A DNA stretch of 64,000 nt from Alphaproteobacteria bacterium (GTDB lineage Bacteria > Pseudomonadota > Alphaproteobacteria > CAAHEQ01 > UBA3637), in NCBI GenBank assembly GCA_045598925.1, contig JAZRVC010000027.1, forward strand, positions 847 to 64,846, written 5' to 3'. How positions within the stretch are numbered: the first letter of the stretch is position 1; the number at the start of each line of letters is the position of its first letter. A program made the translations under genes and the position numbers. This document shows positions 48,869 to 57,655 of the stretch, one piece after another. A model generated the notes under the pieces. It ran no database searches. It had not been told where the DNA came from and saw nothing but the letters and a program-made list of their open reading frames with translations.

Positions 48869-49678
48869 ATCTTCGGGATTCAAGCGCACGCCATACCAAC
48901 TGAGCCCGAAATGCAAGTGAGGTCCTGTGGCCCGACCACTCATCCCGACTTTGCCCAAAGGCTCACCCATTTTTAATACTTGTCCCACTTTGACATCAAT
49001 TTCAGACAAATGGGCATAACTGGTATAAACACCATATCCATGATCCACTAAAACAGTCGCCCCCGAATAAAACATATCGGGATGCGTTAAAACAACCTTT
49101 CCATCGGCGGCTACCACAACGGGTGTCCCTTCCACTGCCGCGTAATCCGTGCCACTATGGCCTTGGGTCAACAAACCGTTCATAATACGGCGGGAACCGA
49201 AATGGCTGGAAATCCGTTTATAGTCCGCCAAAGGCAATTGCCATTTTTGGGGGAAATTCGGATATTCGGAAAGTTTTCTTTTTTCACGCATTTGCGCAAA
49301 TTCGGATTGAATACGCGCTTGTTCTTCTTTTGGAGGCGACACCTTTTTTGGGGGTAAGCCGTTCACATATTCTTCTTGCCATTTTCTGTGCGGAATTGAG
49401 ATAACCTCTTCTTTTTCTATCCCCTTTGTTTTTAGGGTCAATTTTAACTCTTGAGCATCTTGCGGAACACCCACGATAAAATGTCCGTTTCGGGTTAAAA
49501 TTTCACTCATCCCCTGCTCTTTTAAATTCTTTTCGGAACTTTGGATAAAAATGCGTGTGTCGGGAGCAACCTGACCATAGAGGAGTTTGCCGTCCTCTAA
49601 CGGGGTTTGCCACACAATATCAGAAGCCGAAGAACAAGCAGAAACAAATAAAATAGTCGTTAGAAATAATTTTTTCAT
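48860..49678 (-). CDS. M23 family (LytM-domain) peptidase lipoprotein
   Basis: Lipobox VSAC. The product has HSGTDYAA...HLHFG motifs. Confidence 0.8.
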   Translation of the reverse strand: MKKLFLTTILFVSACSSASDIVWQTPLEDGKLLYGQVAPDTRIFIQSSEKNLKEQGMSEILTRNGHFIVGVPQDAQELKLTLKTKGIEKEEVISIPHRKWQEEYVNGLPPKKVSPPKEEQARIQSEFAQMREKRKLSEYPNFPQKWQLPLADYKRISSHFGSRRIMNGLLTQGHSGTDYAAVEGTPVVVAADGKVVLTHPDMFYSGATVLVDHGYGVYTSYAHLSEIDVKVGQVLKMGEPLGKVGMSGRATGPHLHFGLSWYGVRLNPEDLF

Positions 49679-49779
49679 ATGCGTTTTTCCAAAATTTTAA
49701 TACTCCGTTTTACCTGAATCTATCATAACGAAATTTCACAAATTCTGCAAGACTATAATTTGTTTGACTTTTAAAACTA

Positions 49780-49990
49780 AAGTATGTTATTCTGATTGCG
49801 TGGCAGGGTGGTGTCTGCCATGAGGATTTAGACCCTCTAATAGTTGCTGAAATTATAATTCAGCGTAAAATATCCTTCTGGTCTGTTGGACTGGAAGGTG
49901 GTAAAATAGCCATTTGGTCAATATACCGCACTATTTCTATTAATAGGTCTAAACTTCCAGTCGCCTGGTTCACCTCAGGCTTTTCTTTAA
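49780..49990 (+). other. Structured ~210-nt leader / candidate cis-regulatory RNA upstream of the glycosyltransferase cluster
   Basis: Nested stems are present: tggcag-N8-ctgcca (49801..49820); ccttc...gaagg; gactggaag...cttccagtc enclosing about 50 nt. No match to any RNA family I can recognise. Confidence 0.25.
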
Positions 49991-50002
49991 GGGAGAAGTT
50001 GG

Positions 50003-50959
50003 ATGAATAGAAGGGCCGAAGTTTCTATTATCGTTCCTGTTTATAATGTAGAAAAATATTTACCCGAGTGTCTGGAATCTGTTTTATCGCAAACTTTTAC
50101 AAATTTTGAAGTCATTTGTATCAATGACGGCAGTCCGGATAAGTGTGGGAACACTTTAGAAAAATACGCCCGAAAAGATAAAAGAATTAAACTCATTACA
50201 CAAGAAAATCAAGGCCTTTCTATGGCCAGAAACAAGGGCTTAGAGATAGCCACAGGAAAATACATTTTATTTTTGGATTCTGATGATGTTATACATCCGC
50301 AATTATTAGAAATTTGTCATAGTTTAGCAGAACAAACAAACGCCACGATGGTCAGTTTTTCCTTTCATAAATTTATAGATCATCTTCCCCATTTTATTCC
50401 CAAATATCACATCCATCAAATACCTTATAAAATCACCACGACACCCCTTTATTATCAAACGAAACGCCATAAATGGAAAATCCATGTCAATACTTGGGCG
50501 AAACTATATAGAAAAGATTTTATTCAACAATTCCGTTTTATTCCCCACATCACCATGGAAGATTATCCGCATACTTATGAGGTTTTAAATAAAAATCCAC
50601 AGACCGTTATACTCGCCCTGCCCCTCTATTTTTATCGGCGTCATCCCACTTCAATTACAAACGCAAACCTCAGTATTCAAAAAATTCAAGATTATCATGT
50701 GGGATTAGAATATATTCGTCAAATTTATCAACATCAAAAACCGAAAGAGTGGAAATTCATCCGATATCATCTGTTTCCCAACATCTTAAAACAGCAACTG
50801 AATAAAATTAAAAAAGCCCCGATTGAAAAGCAAGCAGACCTATTGTCTGCGTTCGCCATTGAATTAGATGATTTAGATAAAAAGGGTTGTTTGAAATTAA
50901 GGGGGAATAAACTCACACGTTGGTTATTTTATAAACACTTGATTCAGAGGAAGAAATGA
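50003..50959 (+). CDS. Glycosyltransferase family 2
   Basis: VSIIVPVYNVEKYLPECLESVLSQT...NDGSPD...FLDSDD. Paralogue of 11021..11950. RBS GGGAGAAG. Confidence 0.85.
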   Translation: MNRRAEVSIIVPVYNVEKYLPECLESVLSQTFTNFEVICINDGSPDKCGNTLEKYARKDKRIKLITQENQGLSMARNKGLEIATGKYILFLDSDDVIHPQLLEICHSLAEQTNATMVSFSFHKFIDHLPHFIPKYHIHQIPYKITTTPLYYQTKRHKWKIHVNTWAKLYRKDFIQQFRFIPHITMEDYPHTYEVLNKNPQTVILALPLYFYRRHPTSITNANLSIQKIQDYHVGLEYIRQIYQHQKPKEWKFIRYHLFPNILKQQLNKIKKAPIEKQADLLSAFAIELDDLDKKGCLKLRGNKLTRWLFYKHLIQRKK

Positions 50960-52875
50960 CAAATATAAACATTGCTTTTTGTATCAATGATTGTTATTGG
51001 GATAAAGTGGCTGTTGTGATGACCTCTCTTTTAAAAAACCACCCCAAAAAGCAATTTGATTTTTATATTTTTTCCAGTGATTTATCCAAAATACATCTAC
51101 AAAAACTCAATAAGTTGCACTTGAAATATAAAGATTTTAAAATTCACCCCATTTATATGGATAAAGAAATTTTTTCAAAATTGAAATTGACCATTGATTA
51201 CATCTCAATAGAAACATACTATCGCTATCTGATTGCCGATTTATTACCGAGTATTGATAAAATCCTGTATTTAGATGCGGATACGATTATCAACGATTCT
51301 CTAGAAAATCTATACGAAACAGATTTAAAACAAAATTATGTGGCCGGTGTCCCTGATTTATGGATTTTAAAAAGCGATTATCAAAAGAAACTGGGGCTTT
51401 CCCATTACATCAATGCGGGTGTATTGTTGATGAATTTAAAGCAAATGCGCAAAGACCATATCGGCCAAAAGTTATTGGACACGACCTTAAAAATGAAAGA
51501 CCGGATTCAATATCAAGACCAAGATATTATCAATATCGTTTGTCATAAAAAGATTAAAATGCTTGATAGTATCTATAACTTTGCGATAGAAAATATCAAA
51601 TCCGAAAAGAGCAAAAGAAAGCAAGCCTGTATTATTCATTACACGGGTGCAAATAAACCGTGGGGAACACACAAGTGTCGTATGGCAACCTTATGGAAGC
51701 GCTATCATACTTTCAATCAAAAAGTGCTCAATCGCAAAATCAAGGTCGGGCTATTGATTGATGAATTTTTTGGTGGCGCAGGAACGGCCTATGGTGGCTA
51801 TGGATTTTTGGCCAGAAAATATATCGCGAAATATATTCCCGATGAAGATATTCAATTAGACGTCCTCTTGGGCCGCGGCAAAAAGAATCTGCGTGCCACC
51901 AAATTTCACGAAGATAATGTCCTTTTATACAAACTCCCCAAGTGGCATTTTGCCAGTCGTTGTTGGCTGAAAAAACAAAACTATGATGTATATTTAAGTA
52001 TTGAACTGACAACAGATTGGGTCTTACGGCACGAACCAAATCCAAACAAAAAGTTGATTTTATGGATTCAAGATCCCCGCCCGAAATCCGCTTGGGAAAA
52101 TATCATCGGAACAATGAAGTCTATTCAAGACCCTTGTTTTTATAATCAAGCCATTTATGATACGGTGCACTCTCTGAATACTCAAAAACGTGTCAGATTT
52201 ATTTCACAAGGCAACACCTTAAATCCATTAGCAAAAGAATTATATCATCTATCCAACGATACCAATATTCAATACTTGCCTAATCCGATTGAAATCAATT
52301 TTAATTTTCAATTTGATTTATCCAAAAAGAAAAAACAAATCATTTTCTTGGGACGATTAGAAGCACAAAAAAGAGCATGGTTATTTTGCGAAATTGCCAA
52401 ACAAATGCCCGAATATGAATTTTATGTGTTGGGTCAATTTTTTAGGTATCAAGAAGAAAACAAGAAAATGTTGGCTCCCTATATGAATGGAGATATTCCA
52501 AATTTGCATTTTGTGGGTCATGTAGATGGGAACAAGAAAAAACAACTGATTCAAGAATCACGTTTGTTGGTCAGTACTTCAATTTGGGAAGGTATTCCTA
52601 TTTCTTGGCTGGAAGCCCTCTCCTATGGCACACTTTTGGTTTCGGATTTGGAACGCGAAGATTTAGTCCGCCGCTTTGGCCGTTTTGTTGGAACGGTCAG
52701 TGGTGATGGCTTTCAAGGTGTCGGAAAATTTATTCCCGCCATCAAGGAATTGATGGAAAATGATGAGCTTTACACCCAAAAGGCAATCAAAGCCATTGAA
52801 TATGTGCGTCAAACACACAACATCCAACGCTTTATAACAGATTTAAAACAAATTATTTTAGAGGAGTTAAAATGA
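50956..52875 (+). CDS. Two-domain glycosyltransferase (N-terminal GT8 LPS-glycosyltransferase-like domain plus C-terminal GT1/GT4-like domain)
   Basis: The N-terminal domain has GT8 hallmarks (YLDADTIIND DXD; ...HYTGANKPW). The C-terminal ~350 aa have a GT1-like Rossmann fold with the EGIPISWLEALSYG motif. Confidence 0.75.
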   Translation: MTNINIAFCINDCYWDKVAVVMTSLLKNHPKKQFDFYIFSSDLSKIHLQKLNKLHLKYKDFKIHPIYMDKEIFSKLKLTIDYISIETYYRYLIADLLPSIDKILYLDADTIINDSLENLYETDLKQNYVAGVPDLWILKSDYQKKLGLSHYINAGVLLMNLKQMRKDHIGQKLLDTTLKMKDRIQYQDQDIINIVCHKKIKMLDSIYNFAIENIKSEKSKRKQACIIHYTGANKPWGTHKCRMATLWKRYHTFNQKVLNRKIKVGLLIDEFFGGAGTAYGGYGFLARKYIAKYIPDEDIQLDVLLGRGKKNLRATKFHEDNVLLYKLPKWHFASRCWLKKQNYDVYLSIELTTDWVLRHEPNPNKKLILWIQDPRPKSAWENIIGTMKSIQDPCFYNQAIYDTVHSLNTQKRVRFISQGNTLNPLAKELYHLSNDTNIQYLPNPIEINFNFQFDLSKKKKQIIFLGRLEAQKRAWLFCEIAKQMPEYEFYVLGQFFRYQEENKKMLAPYMNGDIPNLHFVGHVDGNKKKQLIQESRLLVSTSIWEGIPISWLEALSYGTLLVSDLEREDLVRRFGRFVGTVSGDGFQGVGKFIPAIKELMENDELYTQKAIKAIEYVRQTHNIQRFITDLKQIILEELK

Positions 52876-53795
52876 AAATTGATTTATTATTTGCCGCTAC
52901 ATCAGATTATCTACCTTATGCTTTGGTGAGTTGCTTAAGTGCGATAGAAAAATCGCCAAACAACAGTTTTGAAATTCATTTTTTGTATGCGGATATTGTG
53001 AATGAGATTTCATTCAATCAACGGCAAGACACCTTTGATTTGGTCAAAAATGTATTAGAATCCCGCAAGGTTAAAATTCATTTTTATGATGTTTCTAAAT
53101 ATATGAATTTATTTAAAGGTCAAAATATCGGGATGTGGGGTGAAGCGGTTTCTTACACCCATTATATGTATTTATTGGCGTCCAAAGTTTTACAATTAGA
53201 TAAGGTCATTTATTTAGATACAGATATCGTTGTCAATACTGATTTAGCGGATGTGTGGAATAAAAAGATGAACAAATATGCTTTGGCCCTGGCCACACCC
53301 AGCGGTTTAGAAAAAGTCGCCGATCAATCCAACAGTGGTTTTATGATCCTCAATTTAAAGAAATGGCGAGAGTTGAATCTTTTCACAGACCTACTGCAGT
53401 TTGGTAAGACTCTCAACAGATGTGCTTTATGTGATCAAAACCTGATTTATCATTATTTTACAAAAAAGCACGCAAATTTGGTTTTCTATTTAGATAAAAA
53501 CTATAATACCTTTGCCCATTTGGTCAAAACACCTTTATCAAAAATCAAAATTTTACACTTCGCGATGGCAACTTTTAAGCCGTGGTCGGACCACCATTAT
53601 TCAATGCGGGGAAATGAACTGTGGTGGTATTATGCACGCATGACGCCTTTTTATGAAAAATTTCAATTACAAATCAACAAAAGACTCTTTATAAACAAAA
53701 AGAATAAATTCAAAAAATTCAAGTGTCAGTTGATGGCGCGTTTTTCTTTTGGCTCATCAAAACAAAAGTATCTTCAAAAATTAAAAAATCTGTAA
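52872..53795 (+). CDS. Glycosyltransferase family 8
   Basis: YLDTDIVVNTD (DXD) and ...ILHFAMATFKPW (GT8 C-terminal motif). Confidence 0.75.
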   Translation: MKIDLLFAATSDYLPYALVSCLSAIEKSPNNSFEIHFLYADIVNEISFNQRQDTFDLVKNVLESRKVKIHFYDVSKYMNLFKGQNIGMWGEAVSYTHYMYLLASKVLQLDKVIYLDTDIVVNTDLADVWNKKMNKYALALATPSGLEKVADQSNSGFMILNLKKWRELNLFTDLLQFGKTLNRCALCDQNLIYHYFTKKHANLVFYLDKNYNTFAHLVKTPLSKIKILHFAMATFKPWSDHHYSMRGNELWWYYARMTPFYEKFQLQINKRLFINKKNKFKKFKCQLMARFSFGSSKQKYLQKLKNL

Positions 53796-53838
53796 AAAAA
53801 GGCACTCCCCCGATTGCTTTGGGAGAGTGCTTTATCTT

Positions 53839-54132
53839 TTATTCTTTCGGATATTTAGATTTAATTTCGGCTATTTTATTTTGCCATAAAGTCGTCCCAT
53901 TGACTTTATCCCAATAAATCATATCCAACTGTTCGGGAATCGTGGGATATTCGGCTTGACGTTTTTCAATATAGGTTTCTTCGGGTTTTTGCGGGGCATA
54001 TCCCACCAAATACCAAGACCCGTCATAGGCCTGTTCCACATCCATTTCAATAAAATCATCAGGGTGTTTTATCCCCAAAGCCACATCACACGATTTTGTT
54101 TCTGAATTATTTATTTTTGCGTATTTTTTCAT
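53839..54132 (-). CDS. Small hypothetical protein downstream of the tail-fibre-like gene (possible fibre chaperone)
   Basis: 97 aa, translationally adjacent to the 54135..55199 gene (3-nt gap). A hairpin terminator lies at about 53800..53835. Confidence 0.45.
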   Translation of the reverse strand: MKKYAKINNSETKSCDVALGIKHPDDFIEMDVEQAYDGSWYLVGYAPQKPEETYIEKRQAEYPTIPEQLDMIYWDKVNGTTLWQNKIAEIKSKYPKE

Positions 54133-54134
54133 AT

Positions 54135-55199
54135 TTATGCTCCTTTAAAAGGGAAAATAACTTGTTCCACAATGTTTCCGTTACGTTTGTGATAAATCAC
54201 ATCACCTTTATGTACGACAGCGTGAACGGAATCTTGTCCACCCAAACTGGTGTCGTTTCTGAAAGAATCAATCCAATGTCCTGTGGCTGAACCTTTTCTT
54301 AAATAACACCAACTGTTATTCGCGCTAAAAGTAATCGTCATAATGCCATCATATTGAACGGTATAAAGTTGTTCACTGGCAGGCAAAGTAATGGATATCG
54401 GATTGTCATAATCCGGTGAAACAACGGAAATAATTTTCTTTTTTCCGTCAGCAGTTAAATTATTCAAACTGGTATTTGCTTTTGTGGAAAGCGCCGAAGC
54501 AACTTCTTGCGCTTTTTGGGTCGCGATACCGGCTTGAGTCGTGGCAACGCCCGCTTGAGTTGTAGAAATACCGGCTTGAGTCGTTGCATTTTGCGCTTGG
54601 GTTGCCGCGGCCTGAACCTGTGCGGCGGCTTCACCGGCTTGGATTGTGGCGGTTGTCGCCGCAGCCTCCGCCGATTCCTTATAGCCCCTAATCGTGCTTT
54701 CCAAAGCATTGACTTCTACAGTGGAATTTTCCAAGTTCGTCCCTTGGGCGTTCCAGACAATCGCTTTGCCCGCACTGGGCATCGGTAAAGTCAGTTTGAT
54801 ATCACTATCCACGGCATAAGGGGGCAACACCATAGACCGATTCAAGTTGTCCGCAATTTGTTGTTGACAGGCAATTTGATAATCCAATTCGTTGTTTAAA
54901 GTATTCGCCCGCAAAACACCCCCTTCTTGAAAGTCAGATGTTCTTTCAACAGGCAGGTCGCGCATTAAAGTAATAATCACACCACTTTCGGGAACGTTGG
55001 AAAGCGTAATACTCCCGCCTTCGCTGGCCCCCGCACCAGACACGGTATAAGTGGTAGCGTCTTGTAATTCAGACCCAAAATAAACTTTTAAATCCGAATT
55101 TTTAAAAATCGCAAATGGAAAACTGTAAGTGGCCAGCACTCCATTGGATACATACCTGATTCTGGGAACGGTACTGGTAATAATAATATGATTTGTCAA
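54135..55199 (-). CDS. Phage T7-type tail-fibre-like protein
   Basis: The N-terminus ...IRYVSNGVLATYSFPFAIFKNSDLKVYF...VIITLMRDLPVERTSDFQEGGVLRANTLNNELDYQIACQQQ... fits the T7 tail-fibre N-terminal domain pattern. The central shaft has heptad repeats TTQAG(I/V)(A/S) encoded by nucleotide tandem repeats at about 54520..54600. Confidence 0.6.
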   Translation of the reverse strand: MTNHIIITSTVPRIRYVSNGVLATYSFPFAIFKNSDLKVYFGSELQDATTYTVSGAGASEGGSITLSNVPESGVIITLMRDLPVERTSDFQEGGVLRANTLNNELDYQIACQQQIADNLNRSMVLPPYAVDSDIKLTLPMPSAGKAIVWNAQGTNLENSTVEVNALESTIRGYKESAEAAATTATIQAGEAAAQVQAAATQAQNATTQAGISTTQAGVATTQAGIATQKAQEVASALSTKANTSLNNLTADGKKKIISVVSPDYDNPISITLPASEQLYTVQYDGIMTITFSANNSWCYLRKGSATGHWIDSFRNDTSLGGQDSVHAVVHKGDVIYHKRNGNIVEQVIFPFKGA

Positions 55200-55392
55200 A
55201 GTATTCTCCTTTTTATTATAATAAAAAAAGCCCTGACATCATGTCAGAGCCGGATATGTTAAAAGGCACGATGTAATAGATACAATCGTGCCTGATAACT
55301 GTTGAGGAGTATAGCATATTTTATCAAAAAAGTCAAGGAAAATTTTCCTAAAATATAACCTCTTTTTTGGAAATTACTTATCTTAAGAATTA

Positions 55393-55420
55393 AAAAAGCC
55401 CTTGGTTGACAAGGGCTTTT
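55393..55420. terminator. Bidirectional hairpin terminator
   Basis: aaaaaagcccttg-gttgac-aagggctttt. It lies between the tail-fibre-like gene and tRNA-Glu. Confidence 0.6.
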
Positions 55421-55423
55421 AAA

Positions 55424-55499
55424 TGGCGACCCCAATGAGATTCGAACTCATGTTACCGCCGTGAAAGGGCGATGTCCTAGGCCTCTAGACGATGGGGTC
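55424..55499 (-). tRNA. tRNA-Glu (anticodon TTC), CCA encoded
   Basis: I folded it manually. Acceptor GACCCCA/TGGGGTC. Anticodon stem TCGCC/GGCGG has loop CTTTCAC. T-arm is ATGAG-TTCGAAT-CTCAT. Discriminator G is followed by CCA. It is 76 nt long. Confidence 0.9.
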
Positions 55500-55565
55500 A
55501 TCGGGCCGAATAAATAGAATTATATCTTAAAAAAAAAAATTTTGCAACAAAATTTTATGCTTTTT

Positions 55566-57605
55566 TTATTTTTTTTCATCAAAGACCAAAACCGACCACG
55601 CGGGAACTTGGACCTTTTGGCCGTCAAAGGCCAACTCTTCGCCCGAAGTATTTAAGGCTAACTCCCAATGGGCTTTTTTGCCTGTTGCGGGTAGATTCCA
55701 TATAATTTGTTGATTAAACGCATTAAAAATAAAGAATAAGTCCCCTTGTTTAGAACGCACACGATAAGACAGACTGCGCGCAAAAGGAAGCCAATCAGCC
55801 GGTTGCATCAATTGTCCATCGGGACGGAACCAATCAAATTCGGCCGAGGAAAAGAAATCACCGGCACACATCACATCATGGTTGCGGCGAAAAGCCATCA
55901 ATTGTTGCACCAATTGAAGCATCCGCTGGCCTTGCGGTGAAATTTTAGACCAATCCGTCCAAGAAAGTGCATTGTCTTGCGCATAAAGGTTATTGTTGCC
56001 TTGATGAGATTGCAACACTTCGTCCCCCGACAAAATCATCGGTGTTCCGAAGGACAACAATAAAGACGCCATCATCCCCCGTGCCCGCAGTTCCCGATTC
56101 TTTAAAATATCAAGATTTTGGGTGTCGCCCTCTTCCCCACCGTTCCAAGAATTGTTATTATCTGTGCCATCACGATTTTCTTCTTGATTCGCCAGATTAT
56201 GTTTATGGTTATAGGACACCAAATCATTTAAAGAAAAGCCATCATGAGCCGTCATAAAATTAACCGATTCCCAAGGTTTGCGCCCGTCTTTTTGATACAC
56301 ATCAGATGAACCTGTCATCCGTTTGGCAAAATCCGAAATTTGTCCTTCATCCCCTTTCCACAAGCGCCGAACGGTATCACGGAACTTATCGTTCCATTCG
56401 GCCCAACCGGGACGGAAAGCCCCCACTTGATAGCCACCGTTGCCCAAATCCCAAGGTTCCGCAATCAATTTTAAACGTTGCAAAATAGGGTCTTGTTGCA
56501 CCACGCCCAAAAAGTCGCTGTTGCGCGTAAAGGTGTTATCATCATCACGAGCCAAAGTAGTGGCTAAATCAAAGCGAAAACCGTCAATTTGCATAGAATC
56601 CGCCCAATAACGCAGCGAATCCATCACCAGTTGCAAGACTCTGGGATGGCCTAAATTAAAACTGGCGCCACAACCCGTGGTGTCTTCATAATAACGCGGA
56701 TTTTCAGAATAGGTTCTGTAATAAACGGTATTATCTATCCCCCGATAACACAAGGTCGGGCCCAGTTGATTGCCTTCCGCTGTATGATTAAAGACCACAT
56801 CCAAGATGACTTCAATCCCCGCTTCGTGCAACAGTTTTACTGCCTTTTTCAGTTCCGAGGTGCTCCCGTTAGACAAATAAGGTGCATAAGGGCACATAAA
56901 CAACACAGGGTCGTATCCCCAATAGTTGGTGAGTCCTTTTTGCGCCAAATGTCCCGGCGTCATAAAGGTCGCCACAGGCAACAATTCCACCGCCGAAATC
57001 TGCAAAGACTTTAAATACTGAATCACTTTTGCCGAAGACAGCCCGCGAAACGTCCCGCGGAAAGCCTTATCCACCTCAGGATTTAAGGCGGTAAAACCCT
57101 TTAAATGGGTTTCATAAATCACCTCATTTGCCCAATCGGTACGGGGTTTTTGGACATTTTCCCAATCAAAATACTTTTCATCAATCACAATGCATTTCGG
57201 CATAGACTTGGCATCATCTAACTTGGAAAAAGACAAGTCTGCTTTCGGGGATTTTAAGTTATACCCCAATTGAGAATTATGGGCGGTAATCGGACCGGTC
57301 AATTTTTTGGCATAAGGGTCTAATAACAACTTATTCGGGTTAAAGCGCAGGCCTTTTTCCGGTTCATAGGGGCCATAGACCCGATAAGCATACCTTTGTC
57401 CCCACTTTAATCCTTGAATATAACCATGCCAAACTTCATCTGTATATCGGGGTAAATCAATGCGCTTTTCATTTTTTCCGTCCGCATCAAACAGACAAAG
57501 TTGCACACGGGTAGCGTTTTTGGAAAACAGGGCAAAATTCACGCCCTTGCCATCAAAATTCGCCCCCAACGGATAAGGCAATCCCGGAAAAATCTTTAAA
57601 GTCAT
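55566..57605 (-). CDS. glgX: Glycogen debranching enzyme GlgX (isoamylase type)
   Basis: GH13 motifs GFRFDLA and EPWD, with an N-terminal CBM48 domain. Confidence 0.9.
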   Translation of the reverse strand: MTLKIFPGLPYPLGANFDGKGVNFALFSKNATRVQLCLFDADGKNEKRIDLPRYTDEVWHGYIQGLKWGQRYAYRVYGPYEPEKGLRFNPNKLLLDPYAKKLTGPITAHNSQLGYNLKSPKADLSFSKLDDAKSMPKCIVIDEKYFDWENVQKPRTDWANEVIYETHLKGFTALNPEVDKAFRGTFRGLSSAKVIQYLKSLQISAVELLPVATFMTPGHLAQKGLTNYWGYDPVLFMCPYAPYLSNGSTSELKKAVKLLHEAGIEVILDVVFNHTAEGNQLGPTLCYRGIDNTVYYRTYSENPRYYEDTTGCGASFNLGHPRVLQLVMDSLRYWADSMQIDGFRFDLATTLARDDDNTFTRNSDFLGVVQQDPILQRLKLIAEPWDLGNGGYQVGAFRPGWAEWNDKFRDTVRRLWKGDEGQISDFAKRMTGSSDVYQKDGRKPWESVNFMTAHDGFSLNDLVSYNHKHNLANQEENRDGTDNNNSWNGGEEGDTQNLDILKNRELRARGMMASLLLSFGTPMILSGDEVLQSHQGNNNLYAQDNALSWTDWSKISPQGQRMLQLVQQLMAFRRNHDVMCAGDFFSSAEFDWFRPDGQLMQPADWLPFARSLSYRVRSKQGDLFFIFNAFNQQIIWNLPATGKKAHWELALNTSGEELAFDGQKVQVPAWSVLVFDEKK

Positions 57606-57655
57606 TTTCTCCCCTTTTTCTTTAATATAATCTGTTTTTTTAAAAAAGGCAAAGA

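Noticed and set aside
49780-49990. Possibility that this structured region is tmRNA, RNase P RNA or SRP RNA
   Set aside because: None of the conserved sequence blocks of those RNAs is present (no tag-peptide reading frame with resume codon, no RNase P P4 motifs, no SRP domain IV GGAA tetraloop context). It is kept only as an unclassified structured leader.
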